Positions 35,500-45,095 of a stretch of DNA of 47,096 bases are shown here, piece after piece. The position numbers and the translations under genes are program-made. The stretch is from Myxococcota bacterium (GTDB taxonomy: Bacteria; Myxococcota_A; UBA796; UBA2385): NCBI GenBank assembly GCA_044344255.1, contig JBIJDH010000041.1:1-47096 (forward strand). The letters are read 5' to 3'. Below the pieces are notes generated by a model. It did no database searches and was not told the origin of the DNA. It worked only from the letters and a program-made list of their open reading frames with translations. How positions within the stretch are numbered: the first letter of the stretch is position 1; each line of letters starts with the position of its first letter.

Positions 35500-37551
35500 T
35501 CAGCTCCCGAAGTGGCGCAGGACCTCGGCGGGGGTGGTCCAGCCCTCTGTGAGCAGCAGCGCGCTGTACCGCTTGAAGGAGACGATGATCCGGTCCTGTT
35601 CGGCGATCTGCCGGAGGGTGGCCCCGAGGTCGCGGGCCCCGATCGACTCCCGCAGCCGGTCGTTGACCTGCAGGAACTCGTAGGCGGCGACCCGACCTTG
35701 AAAGCCGGTGCCCTTACAGGCGGTGCAGCCCGAGGAGGCCCAGAGCTGCCGGCTCTCGGCGAGGGGGAGGATGTCGGCCTCGGCGAGGTGGGCGCGGGTC
35801 GCTTCTCCGACCGGCGCCGAGTGGCGACAGAGCGGGCAGAGGCGCCGCAGCAGCCGCTGGCCCACCACGAGCGAGAGGGCGCTGGCCACGAGGTACGGCC
35901 GACAGCCCATCTCGATCAGGCGCACCGCCGCCTCGCCGGTGCTGTTGGCGTGCACGGTGCTGAGCACGAGGTGACCGGTGAGCGAGGCCTCGAGCGCGAT
36001 CTGGGCCGTGACCTCGTCGCGCATCTCCCCCACGAGGATCACATCGGGATCCTGGCGAAGCATCGAGCGGAGAACGAGCGGGAAGGTGAGGCCGGCGGCC
36101 TCGTTCACGCCCGTCTGGGTGATGCCGGAGAGCGTGTATTCGACCGGGTTCTCAATCGTGCTCACGCTGACGTCCGGCCGGGCCGCGACGAGCTCGCGCA
36201 AGGCCGAGTAGAGCGTCGTGGTCTTGCCGGACCCCGTCGGTCCGCAGACGATGAGGCAGCCCGAGGTCCCGAGCAGCGTGCGGCGGAGGGTGCCGAGCAT
36301 GGCCGGAGAGAGGATGAGCTGGTTCAAGGGGCGGAGCCCGGCCGCGGAGTCGAGGATGCGCAGCACCGCCTTCTCTCCGTAGACGGAGGGCATGGTGCTC
36401 ACGCGCAGCTCGACGTTCCGGTCGCGCACCTTCAGGCTCGCTCGCCCGTCCTGGGGGAGTCGCTTCTCCGAGATGTCGAGGCCGGCCGCCACCTTGATGC
36501 GAGACACCAACGGCACCACGAGGCCCATCTCCGCGCGCTGGTAGGTCTCGAGGGCGCCGTTGACGCGGAGGCGGATGAGCGCGCGGTCCTCGCCGGGCTC
36601 GATGTGGATGTCGGAGGCCCCCTGGTTCACCGCCGTGGCGAGGAGCGTGTTGAGGGCCTCCACCACACGATCTCCAGCGACCAGCGCGCGCGGGGCCACC
36701 TCGTCGAGGCTGAAGGCGGTGAGGCGCACCTCGGAGGGGCGCAGGTCGCGGAGCTCGGCCTCGACCCGCCGCACCACCGGCCGCCGCTCGAGGGTTGGTG
36801 TGATGACAAAGCGCTCGTAACGGTCGTAATCCTCGGCCGTGCACGCGTGAGGCCGGAAGCGGAGCCCGGGGGCGGCCTCCTTCAGGGCGACGAAGATGCC
36901 GGGGTCGGCGGGGCGGGTCATCGCGAGGAGCACGGTGGTGCCCTCTCGCCCGAAGGGGACGACTTGGTGGCGGAGGAGCAGGCGCCGGGGGAAGAGATCG
37001 TAGACCTCTGGCTCAAAGGGGAGATCGCGCAGGCGGACCGCCTTGACGGGGCTCTGCCGCCCCCGATCCTGGAGGAGGCGGGCGAGGTTTTGGGCCGTGA
37101 CGAGGGCGATCGCGGCCTCGTCCAACAAGAGCGCGTTGAACTCGTTCCGCCCCAGCACCGCACAGTCAACCGGCTCGGTGGCCTGAACGGTGGCCGTGCG
37201 GGGCTCGGCGAGCAGGATGCCCACCTCACCCACCGGATCGCCGGCCCCGACCTCGCCCACGTCGAGCTGGACCCCGGTGCCCGCCTCTTCGACGAGGACC
37301 CGAGCGCGCCCGCGGACCACGAGCAAGAAGGTGTCGCTCGGGCTCCCCTGGGCGACGAGCACCTGACCTGCCTCGAAGCGGGCCAGCACCATGCGGGAGG
37401 CGATCCGCTGTTGCTGCTCTCGGCTGAGGCCAGCGAAGAGCGTGGTCGTGGCGAGGTGATCGGCGAGCGAGGCGAACACCGCCTCGGTGAGGCCGTTGGT
37501 GCCGGCATCGGGAGCGGGCTCGGGCGCGGCCCCGTTCAAGGATTTGTTCAC
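35500..37551 (-). CDS. GspE/PilB-family secretion/pilus ATPase with an N-terminal cyclic nucleotide-binding domain
   Basis: CNB: LFAGL...F.AG..L..QG...G.GD.VGE...PRTATV. Then a T2SSE N-domain (VVPF...LLAM..P), ASDIHIEP, LDISEKRLPQDG, GPTGSGKTTTLY, TIENPVEY, LRQDPDVILVGEMRD, TGHLVLSTVHAN, CPLC...CTAC. Confidence 0.93.
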   Translation of the reverse strand: MNKSLNGAAPEPAPDAGTNGLTEAVFASLADHLATTTLFAGLSREQQQRIASRMVLARFEAGQVLVAQGSPSDTFLLVVRGRARVLVEEAGTGVQLDVGEVGAGDPVGEVGILLAEPRTATVQATEPVDCAVLGRNEFNALLLDEAAIALVTAQNLARLLQDRGRQSPVKAVRLRDLPFEPEVYDLFPRRLLLRHQVVPFGREGTTVLLAMTRPADPGIFVALKEAAPGLRFRPHACTAEDYDRYERFVITPTLERRPVVRRVEAELRDLRPSEVRLTAFSLDEVAPRALVAGDRVVEALNTLLATAVNQGASDIHIEPGEDRALIRLRVNGALETYQRAEMGLVVPLVSRIKVAAGLDISEKRLPQDGRASLKVRDRNVELRVSTMPSVYGEKAVLRILDSAAGLRPLNQLILSPAMLGTLRRTLLGTSGCLIVCGPTGSGKTTTLYSALRELVAARPDVSVSTIENPVEYTLSGITQTGVNEAAGLTFPLVLRSMLRQDPDVILVGEMRDEVTAQIALEASLTGHLVLSTVHANSTGEAAVRLIEMGCRPYLVASALSLVVGQRLLRRLCPLCRHSAPVGEATRAHLAEADILPLAESRQLWASSGCTACKGTGFQGRVAAYEFLQVNDRLRESIGARDLGATLRQIAEQDRIIVSFKRYSALLLTEGWTTPAEVLRHFGS

Positions 37552-37631
37552 GGGGGCTCCAGAACGTGAGGTTCAGCCTCTAACGAGGCAGCACGCCAGA
37601 GCTGGACTCCCCACTGGCGGGGACGCTCAGC

Positions 37632-40600
37632 TCACCCCCGCAGGCGCTCGCCGAGGGACCCGATCTGCAGCGCCAGCTCAGCCTCGGGCTGGAGGCGGAG
37701 GCGGGCGCCGATGTCCTCGGCCTCGGACCAGCGGCGGAGCGCGGCCTCACGATCGCCCCCGTCGAGCGAGAGGCCGCCGGCGAGGCAGAGGAGCTTGCCG
37801 AGCTCCCCCGCGTCTCCCGCCTCACGGAGGCGGGCCTCCCCAAGCTCAATGCGCGCGAAGCCGCCGACCCGGTCACCGCCTCGCACCTCGATCGCCCCCA
37901 GAGAGCCCAGCGCGGCGCCCTCCGTGAGGCGATCCCCGGTGCTGCGGGCGAGGCGAAGGACACCGTGCAGGCGCTCCCGGGCGGCGTCGATGTCACCCAG
38001 CCGGAGGAGCAGCTCGGCGTAATTCACGCTGTGGAAGGTCTCGTGGACGAGATCTCCGACGGATCCCGAGGTCTCGAGCGCACGCTCAAAGGCCTCCTGC
38101 GCGGCGAGGTGGTCGCCACACAGGAGGTGAATGTTGGCGATCATCCCCTGGCAAAGCCCCTCGGTGCGGCGATCCCCGAGGCGGGCGGCGAGCTCCCTCG
38201 CGGCCTCGTAGGCGGCTCGTCCCGCCAGGAGGTCCCCGTTCACGCAGTAGAGCGCCCCCAGATGGCTCCGGCAGTGCGCCTCACCCGCCTGGTCGCCGGT
38301 GCGGATCTGGAGCTCCAAGGACTCGTCCAGGAAGGCCCGGCCCGCTGCAAAGTCTCCCCCGCGTATGCCCACGACGTGACCGAGCTCGGCGAGGGTTCGC
38401 GCCTCGCCCCGCTGGTCGCCGCTGCGGCGAAACAGGGGCAGGGCGGCGGAGAGCTGCCCTCGGGCCACGTCGAGGTCCCCGCGCACGAGCGCGAGCTCTC
38501 CGAGGCCCAGGCGCGCCGAAGCCTCGACGCCGGCCTCTCCCCGCGCCGCGGCCTCCGCCTGGGCCGCCTCCAACAAGGGCGCGGCCCGCTCGGTCTGTCC
38601 GGCGCGGGTGCGGAGCTGGGCGAGGGCGATGGAGACCCGGTGGCGGAGCGACCAGCTTGGGCCCGCGTCGAGGGTGAGGCTGGCCAGGGACTCGCCGACG
38701 TCGGGCGGCGCCCGCCCCTCGAGGCAGGCGAGGGCGGCGAGGGCGGCGCGGGCGGCGACATCAGCGGCCTCCGCGGCCGCGGCGCGGCGCACCGCGGCGC
38801 TCAGGTTCTCGAGCTCGAGCGTGGCGCGGGCCCGAAGCACGGCGCCGTCCCGCCCATGGAAGGCGGCGACCTGATCGACCAGCCCTGCAAAATGTTCCGC
38901 GTGGCGCGCCTCGATCGACCGCCGCGCAGGGGGGCCGCTCCAGGCTTCGCCGCTCGCCGCCGGGATGGCCGAGGGGTCGACCAGCTTCTCGAGCGCATAC
39001 TCCTGGATCGAGCGAAACAAGGTGAAGCGAGTGTCTCCTTCAGAGTTGGCGGCGGACCGGAGCAGGCTCTGGTCGACCAGCGACTCGAGGATGTCCGTTG
39101 CCCAAGGCGCGTCGGGCCAGTCCGACAGATCGAGGACCGCCTCTGCGGCCTCCAGATCGAAGCCCCCTTCGAAGACCGCGCACTGGGCGAGGGCGGCGCG
39201 CTCCACCGCGGAGAGGAGGCCCCAAGACCAGTCGATGGCCCCGCGGAGCGTGCTCTGGCGCGCCGATCCGGCCCCGCGCTGCCCCGCGAGGAGGTCAAAT
39301 CGACGCCCCATGCGCTCGAGGATGCGCTTCGGCGGCAGCACCCGCACCCGCGCCGCGGCGAGCTCAATCGCCAGGGGGAGGCCGTCGAGCAGCCGCACGA
39401 GGCGGGCCACGTCCCGCGCGTTCTCGGCGGTGATGGAGAAGGTGGGCAGGACCGCGCGCGCCCGGCTCTGGAACAGGGCGGCCGCGGGGTTCTGCGCGAG
39501 CAGCGAGGCCGGGGCCTGCTCGTCGGGGAGCGGCAGCGGCTCGACGTAGACGAGGCGCTCCTGGCGCAGCGCGAGGCGCTGGCGGCTCGTCACCAGCCAG
39601 CCCACCCGAGGGGCGACCTCCGACCAGCGACGGAGCAGCTCTCCCATCACCTGGATGAGCTGCTCGCAGGTGTCGAGGACGACGAGGAGGTCTCCCCGGT
39701 GGGAGAGCGCCTCGCCGAGGGTGAGCACAGCGTCGCCCTGATCGAGGGGGACGTTGAGCACCCGACCGAGGGCCACCGCGACCGCGGTGGCGGAGCGAGC
39801 CTCCGAGAGATCGACGAACCAGGCGCCGGCCGTCCAGGAGACCAGGAAGGTGCTCGCGTATCGGATGGCGAGCAGGCTCTTGCCGGCCCCGCCGGAGCCG
39901 CAGAGCGTGACGACCCGATCACCGGATTGGAAGGCGTCGGCGATCGCGCGGAGCTCCACCTCGCGCCCGTGAAAGCTGCCATTGCTGCTCGGGAGCGAGC
40001 TCGGGATCTCTCGGGCCGGGCGCCAGCCGTCGCCCACCCGCACCACGGCCATCACCTTGCCGCTGTCTGGGGGCGGCTGGAGCGGCGCCACACCGAGGGC
40101 TCCGCCTTCCCAGACCTCGCTCGGCTCGGCCACCCCCTTCATCTGGAACCAGCCGTGGCGGACGAGGCGGATGCCCGCCTCCATCGACAGGGCGGCGCCG
40201 AGGGCGGCCATCGCCGCCGAGCTCAGCAGCGTCTGGCCCGGGCCGGCGAGGGTCATGATGCGCGCCGCGGTCGCCTTGGCGATGCCCTCGACCTCGAGCG
40301 GCTTGGCGCCGCGGGCGACGTCTTCGGCCGAATTGCTGATCAGCCGGACCTCGCCGGTGTGGAGACCGGCCCGCGCCGAGAGTTGTACGTCGAGCGTCCA
40401 GGAAAGCTCTCGGAGCGCGTTGTGGTACGCGAGGGCGTATCGAAGGCCGTCCTCCACCTGCTCGAACAGGAAGAGGAAGCCGTCCGACTTGTCGATCTCC
40501 CTCCCACCATGCGCCGCCAGGAGGTCTCGCGCGGCCCGATCGTGGCGGGTCATCACCAGAGCGGCCCGCTCGTCGCCGAGCTCGCTGACCATCTTCGTGC

Positions 40601-40664
40601 TGTCCACCAGGTCGGTGAGCAGCAGGCTGCGGATGACCGGACGCTCCGTAGACTCCAACATCAC
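37632..40664 (-). CDS. Class III nucleotidyl cyclase-like domain, STAND NTPase and TPR repeats
   Basis: Cyclase: LLLTDLVDST, DKSDGF, ARAGLHTGEV, AARIM..A.PGQ.LLS, G.F.MKG. STAND: GSGGAGKS, VVLDTCEQ, TSR, GLPLAIELAA. C-terminal TPR helices. Confidence 0.9.
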   Translation of the reverse strand: MMLESTERPVIRSLLLTDLVDSTKMVSELGDERAALVMTRHDRAARDLLAAHGGREIDKSDGFLFLFEQVEDGLRYALAYHNALRELSWTLDVQLSARAGLHTGEVRLISNSAEDVARGAKPLEVEGIAKATAARIMTLAGPGQTLLSSAAMAALGAALSMEAGIRLVRHGWFQMKGVAEPSEVWEGGALGVAPLQPPPDSGKVMAVVRVGDGWRPAREIPSSLPSSNGSFHGREVELRAIADAFQSGDRVVTLCGSGGAGKSLLAIRYASTFLVSWTAGAWFVDLSEARSATAVAVALGRVLNVPLDQGDAVLTLGEALSHRGDLLVVLDTCEQLIQVMGELLRRWSEVAPRVGWLVTSRQRLALRQERLVYVEPLPLPDEQAPASLLAQNPAAALFQSRARAVLPTFSITAENARDVARLVRLLDGLPLAIELAAARVRVLPPKRILERMGRRFDLLAGQRGAGSARQSTLRGAIDWSWGLLSAVERAALAQCAVFEGGFDLEAAEAVLDLSDWPDAPWATDILESLVDQSLLRSAANSEGDTRFTLFRSIQEYALEKLVDPSAIPAASGEAWSGPPARRSIEARHAEHFAGLVDQVAAFHGRDGAVLRARATLELENLSAAVRRAAAAEAADVAARAALAALACLEGRAPPDVGESLASLTLDAGPSWSLRHRVSIALAQLRTRAGQTERAAPLLEAAQAEAAARGEAGVEASARLGLGELALVRGDLDVARGQLSAALPLFRRSGDQRGEARTLAELGHVVGIRGGDFAAGRAFLDESLELQIRTGDQAGEAHCRSHLGALYCVNGDLLAGRAAYEAARELAARLGDRRTEGLCQGMIANIHLLCGDHLAAQEAFERALETSGSVGDLVHETFHSVNYAELLLRLGDIDAARERLHGVLRLARSTGDRLTEGAALGSLGAIEVRGGDRVGGFARIELGEARLREAGDAGELGKLLCLAGGLSLDGGDREAALRRWSEAEDIGARLRLQPEAELALQIGSLGERLRG

Positions 40665-40757
40665 GCGCTCGACCCCCGCTTTCGAACCACCGGATAAGAC
40701 CGATCCGCCCGCGCCGCCCCACCTGGACCTTGGTTCACCCCAATCCGGAGCAAGACC

Positions 40758-42566
40758 ATGAGGCTGACCCTACGCCGCCCCGTGCTAACCGCGATCGCCC
40801 TCTTTGGATGTGCCCTCGGGGGGCTGTCGCTCGGCGGCTGCGCGTCTACCAAGGACACAGCGGGCTCTTCGGCCGCCGACGAGTCCGGTACCCAAGGAGA
40901 CGGCGTCATCTTCAAGGGGCCGATGTCGACCGGCGCCACCGTCACGGTCGAGCCCTTTCACGACGACCTCTCTCCCGCTGGCGACCCCGTGACGAGCAGC
41001 GTCAGCGACAATTCGGGCGCCTACGCCTTTGACATCGCTCACCGCGGCATCGTGCGCGTGACCGCCGAAGGGACGGTCTTCGACGAATCACAGGGGGCGA
41101 CTGGCACCAAGACGATCAAGATGATCGCGTGGGGCTCCCTCGACGCCGACGAGGAGACTGTCCAGGTCAACATCCTCACCGACCTCACGAGCTTGCGGGT
41201 GGAGGCCCTCCTCGGGCAGGGTGCGACCATCGACGACGCCATCGCGCAGGCCGAGCAGGAGCTACACGAGGCGATCTCGATCGGCGCCGGCGCGCGGCCC
41301 GAGGGGAACGGCGAGGCGCTCGATCCGTACAGCGAGGGCGCGGACGCCTCGTGGTTGTTCGCGGCGAGCTCGGTGATCGCGCAGACCGGCCAGGACATGG
41401 AGCTCGCGGGGACCGGCGATCTGGGCCTCGTCCTCGACAGCCTCCGCGGGGATCTGGCCGAAGATGGAGCCGTAAACGCCTCGCTGACCGGCGCCCTCTC
41501 GATGGGGGAGCGCCACCTCGATCCCGATCTCGCGGTCTGGGGCCTCGCCCGCCTCTTCGGAGAGGCGCCGCCGCCCGGCAGCTTGCCAGACCCTCACCCC
41601 GCCCTCGACTCCGACCAGGACGGGCTCCCGAACGATCGTGATAACTGTCGTTACACCGCAAATCCTGACCAGACTGACTCCGAAGGGCGAGGTTTCGGGG
41701 ATGACTGCGACCTTCGTTTGAGCGCCATCTCCACCACCGACGCCTGGGGCTGCGGCCTCCTGGCGCGTGATGGGCACCTGACCTGCTGGGAGGTCCAGGC
41801 GGCCCCCACCGGCGGCGCCCCGCCACGCCCCGACAGCTACCCGGCGCATCCGAACGCCCCCTGGGGGGAGGCCGCGGTGCTCACGGGCGCCTACCAGGAC
41901 GTCGTGGTGGTCGAAAGCAAGGTCTGTGTGCTCGATCTCGGGGGCACGATGTCCTGCTGGGTGGAGGACCTCGAGGCGGTCACCGAGGCGCTCGGGGTCT
42001 TCTCGGAGATGGTGATCAACCGCGGGCAGATCTGCGGCCTCGACGTGGACGGTGCGCTGATCTGCGCCGACCAGGCCGGCGTGCCTACCTACACCGCCAC
42101 CGGTCCCTTCCGCTCTGCGGCCCCCTTCGGGGAGGCGGCGATCTGCGCCGTCAACGAGTCAGGGGAGCTCGAGTGTTTCGATAATGCAGGCTACACCCTG
42201 GATATCCCTGGAACCCCGGCCGGGCCCTTCGTGTCGGTGCGCGGCGGCCCTTCGGGGGATGCCTGGGGCTGCGCGATCTCGGAGGTCGGAGAGCTCTCCT
42301 GGTTCGGCGGAAACTCCCTCATCGGCGGCGGGCCCAGCACCGGCACCTGGGAGGACGTCGCCCTCGGCGCCTCGGCGGCCTGCGCGACCTCCAGCTCAGG
42401 CGAGCTCTTCTGCTGGCGAGATGAAGAGCTCTGTCCCGCCTACGTGGCAGATCCGCCGCGCGGACGGATGCCCTCGGTGAGCAGCTGCGAGGCGTGTGTG
42501 GTCGACGACGCGGGCCTCGGCGTCTGCTGGCCCCGATATTGGGACCAGCAGGGCGAGGCGCCCTGA
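40758..42566 (+). CDS. Lipoprotein with a Fibrobacter-type N-domain, a TSP3-like Ca-binding repeat and an RCC1-like propeller
   Basis: Lipobox LGG|C; KGP..GATV...VNILT..RV..L..G...AE.EL; DSDQDGLPNDRDNC...NPDQTD...GDDCD; seven C...G...C(W/F)-type blades. Confidence 0.75.
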   Translation: MRLTLRRPVLTAIALFGCALGGLSLGGCASTKDTAGSSAADESGTQGDGVIFKGPMSTGATVTVEPFHDDLSPAGDPVTSSVSDNSGAYAFDIAHRGIVRVTAEGTVFDESQGATGTKTIKMIAWGSLDADEETVQVNILTDLTSLRVEALLGQGATIDDAIAQAEQELHEAISIGAGARPEGNGEALDPYSEGADASWLFAASSVIAQTGQDMELAGTGDLGLVLDSLRGDLAEDGAVNASLTGALSMGERHLDPDLAVWGLARLFGEAPPPGSLPDPHPALDSDQDGLPNDRDNCRYTANPDQTDSEGRGFGDDCDLRLSAISTTDAWGCGLLARDGHLTCWEVQAAPTGGAPPRPDSYPAHPNAPWGEAAVLTGAYQDVVVVESKVCVLDLGGTMSCWVEDLEAVTEALGVFSEMVINRGQICGLDVDGALICADQAGVPTYTATGPFRSAAPFGEAAICAVNESGELECFDNAGYTLDIPGTPAGPFVSVRGGPSGDAWGCAISEVGELSWFGGNSLIGGGPSTGTWEDVALGASAACATSSSGELFCWRDEELCPAYVADPPRGRMPSVSSCEACVVDDAGLGVCWPRYWDQQGEAP

Positions 42567-42620
42567 GCGCGCTTGGCAGGCGGCTCCCCCGCAGGTAGGG
42601 AGGCCCTCCCCGGAGCGCCG

Positions 42621-44576
42621 ATGCCCCCGTTCATGCCCATGACCCGCGAAGAGGCCGGCCCCGAGCCCCTCGATGTCATCCTGGTCACCGGGGACGCCTA
42701 CGTTGACCACCCGAGCTGGGGGGTGGCGGCGATCGGCCGCTGGCTGGAGGCCCACGGCTTCTCGGTGGGCATCATCGCGCAGCCCGACTGGCGGAGCCCC
42801 GAGGGTTTCACCCTGCTCGGGCGGCCGCGCCTGTTCTTCGGCGTGACCGCTGGGAACATGGACACCATGGTCAACAAGATGACCGCGGCCCGGAAGATCC
42901 GCTCGAAGGACGCCTACTCTCCCGGAGGCGAGGCCGGCCTCCGCCCCGATCGGGCGACCATCCCCTACACCTCGCGCATCAAGCAAGCCTACCCCGGGGT
43001 GCCGGTGGTGGTGGGGGGGATCGAGGCCTCGCTCCGCCGCTTCGTTCACTTCGACTTCTGGCAGGAGCGGATCCGGGGCTCGATCCTGCTGGAGGCCAAG
43101 GCGGACCTCCTCGTGTACGGCATGGGCGAGCGACAGGTGGTGGCGATCGCCGAGCGACTCGCCGCCGGCGCGGGGGTGCTGGCCTGTCGGGACATCCCCG
43201 GCGTGTCCTACGCCCTCGGCGCCAAGGAGCCCGCTCCGGCGGGCGCCAGCGTCCTCGAGATGCCCACCCTCGAGGAGTGTCGGGCCGATCCCCTCGCCTT
43301 CAACAAGGCGACCAAGATGATGTACGTGGAGAGCAACCCCCACTGCGGGCACGTGCTCATCCAGCGCCACGAGGGCCGCGTGGTCGTTCAGAATCCCCCT
43401 GCCCTGCCGCTCACCACGGCAGAGCTCGACCGCCTGCACGAGCTCCCCTACGCCTTCACCGCCCACCCCTGCTACCGTGAGCCGGTGCCAGCGCTCGCCA
43501 GTATTCAAGGGTCTATCGCCGTCAATCGCGGCTGCTCGGGTGGGTGCTCCTTCTGCGCGCTCACCATCCACCAGGGCAAGGACGTCACCTCCCGCTCCGC
43601 CGAGAGCGTGGTGCGCGAGGTGGAGCGGATGCGGAGTCAGCCCGGATTTAACGGCATCATCACCGATCTCGGCGGGCCGACGGCCAACATGTTCCACATG
43701 GCCTGCACCTCAGAGGAGGCCAACAAGGTCTGCCGGCGAGTGAGCTGCCTCCACCCCGTGCGCTGTAAACACTACGGCACCGATCACAAGCCCTACATCC
43801 GCCTCCTGCGCACCGTGCGGGAGATGGAGGGTATCCGCCGCGTCTACGTGAACTCGGGGATCCGCTACGATCTGGCCTCGCTCGACGACGAGTTCGTCGA
43901 GGAGCTGGCTCGCCACCACACGCAGGGACAGCTCTCCGTGGCGCCCGAGCACGCGTCCGAGGCCTCGCTGGCGATGATGAAGAAGCCGCACATCGGCTAC
44001 TTCACCGCGTTCATGGAGCGCTTCAAGAAGGCCAGCCGTGAGGCCGGAAAGGAGCAGTTCCTCGTCCCCTACTTCCAGTGTGCCCACCCCGGCACCGGGC
44101 CCCAGGAGAGCATCGAGCTCGCCCTGTACATGAAGAGCCAAGACCTCCGGCCGCGGCAGGTCCAGATGTTCATGCCGACGCCCGCCACCCTCGCGACCGC
44201 GATGTACGTCTCGGGGGTCGATCCCCAGTCCGGCGTGGCCGTCCCCGTGGCGCGCGGTGGCCGCGAGCGGGCGAGACAGCGGGCGCTGCTCTTCTATTGG
44301 AAGAAGGAAGAGTGGCCCCATGTGCGCGAGGCCCTGCTGAGCTGGGGCCGCCCCGACCTCATCGGCGTGGGCAAGCAGTGCCTCGTGCCCCCCGGGCCCA
44401 CCTTTGGCTCCTGGGCCGGTGAAGGCGCCGCCTCTGCCGCCAGCGGCCGCGGGGGAGAGGGCAGCAACCGCTACGACACCCACATGGGCCTCGCGGTCAC
44501 TCGGGCCAGCCGGGACGAAGAGCGAGAGGAGACCTGGGAGAGCGTCGCCATGGAGGGAGAAGGAGCTCAACGATGA
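42621..44576 (+). CDS. ygiQ: YgiQ family radical SAM protein
   Basis: [50 protein letters not shown] (CxxxCxxC), [31 protein letters not shown]. Confidence 0.95.
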   Translation: MPPFMPMTREEAGPEPLDVILVTGDAYVDHPSWGVAAIGRWLEAHGFSVGIIAQPDWRSPEGFTLLGRPRLFFGVTAGNMDTMVNKMTAARKIRSKDAYSPGGEAGLRPDRATIPYTSRIKQAYPGVPVVVGGIEASLRRFVHFDFWQERIRGSILLEAKADLLVYGMGERQVVAIAERLAAGAGVLACRDIPGVSYALGAKEPAPAGASVLEMPTLEECRADPLAFNKATKMMYVESNPHCGHVLIQRHEGRVVVQNPPALPLTTAELDRLHELPYAFTAHPCYREPVPALASIQGSIAVNRGCSGGCSFCALTIHQGKDVTSRSAESVVREVERMRSQPGFNGIITDLGGPTANMFHMACTSEEANKVCRRVSCLHPVRCKHYGTDHKPYIRLLRTVREMEGIRRVYVNSGIRYDLASLDDEFVEELARHHTQGQLSVAPEHASEASLAMMKKPHIGYFTAFMERFKKASREAGKEQFLVPYFQCAHPGTGPQESIELALYMKSQDLRPRQVQMFMPTPATLATAMYVSGVDPQSGVAVPVARGGRERARQRALLFYWKKEEWPHVREALLSWGRPDLIGVGKQCLVPPGPTFGSWAGEGAASAASGRGGEGSNRYDTHMGLAVTRASRDEEREETWESVAMEGEGAQR

Positions 44577-45046
44577 TCACCTTCACCGGCCAGGTCACCA
44601 CCACCCTCCCCCTCCGGCGGGCCCCCGGCGCCGCCGCCGCGGGCTGGGTCGAGCTCGACCGCCAGGCCCGCTGCCGCAGCGAGGCCGCCTCGGCGGAGCC
44701 CGCCGGGCCGCTCCGCCTGAGCGTGCGCCTCAAGGAGATGAACCACGGCTCCGTCAAGTTTTCCGGGCGTTACACCCTTCTCTTCACCGTTGACGCGGCC
44801 GTGGCCGAAGGCGCCCGGGTGAGCTGGCGGAGCGAGGCCGGCTCCGATGTGGCGGTGGAGGGAGAGGCCCGCTTCCGCCCCGCGGCTGGTGGCTGCACCG
44901 TCACCTGCACCGAGCGGGTGACCGTGCCGATGGAGCTCAACGCCCTCATCGGCCGCGCCCTCCGCCCGATCGTGGAGGCGATGATAGAGCGCGGCAGCCG
45001 GGGCTTCGTCGAGCGGATGGTAGCCTCGCTCGACGGAGGGGCCTGA
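44573..45046 (+). CDS. SRPBCC/START-like (CoxG-like) protein
   Basis: ATGA overlap with ygiQ; beta-rich core (VSWRS...VEGEARF...TVT) and a long C-terminal helix. Confidence 0.55.
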   Translation: MITFTGQVTTTLPLRRAPGAAAAGWVELDRQARCRSEAASAEPAGPLRLSVRLKEMNHGSVKFSGRYTLLFTVDAAVAEGARVSWRSEAGSDVAVEGEARFRPAAGGCTVTCTERVTVPMELNALIGRALRPIVEAMIERGSRGFVERMVASLDGGA

Positions 45047-45095
45047 GCCCGCCCACTTTGGGGTGGAGGAGGGGACCTCGAAGCAGGAGCCCCCG

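Noticed and set aside
37632..40664. Calling the locus Pycsar, CBASS or Avs
   Set aside because: There is no TM/TIR/nuclease effector and the STAND resembles the regulatory ATPase-TPR type. A defence role is unsupported, though not excluded.
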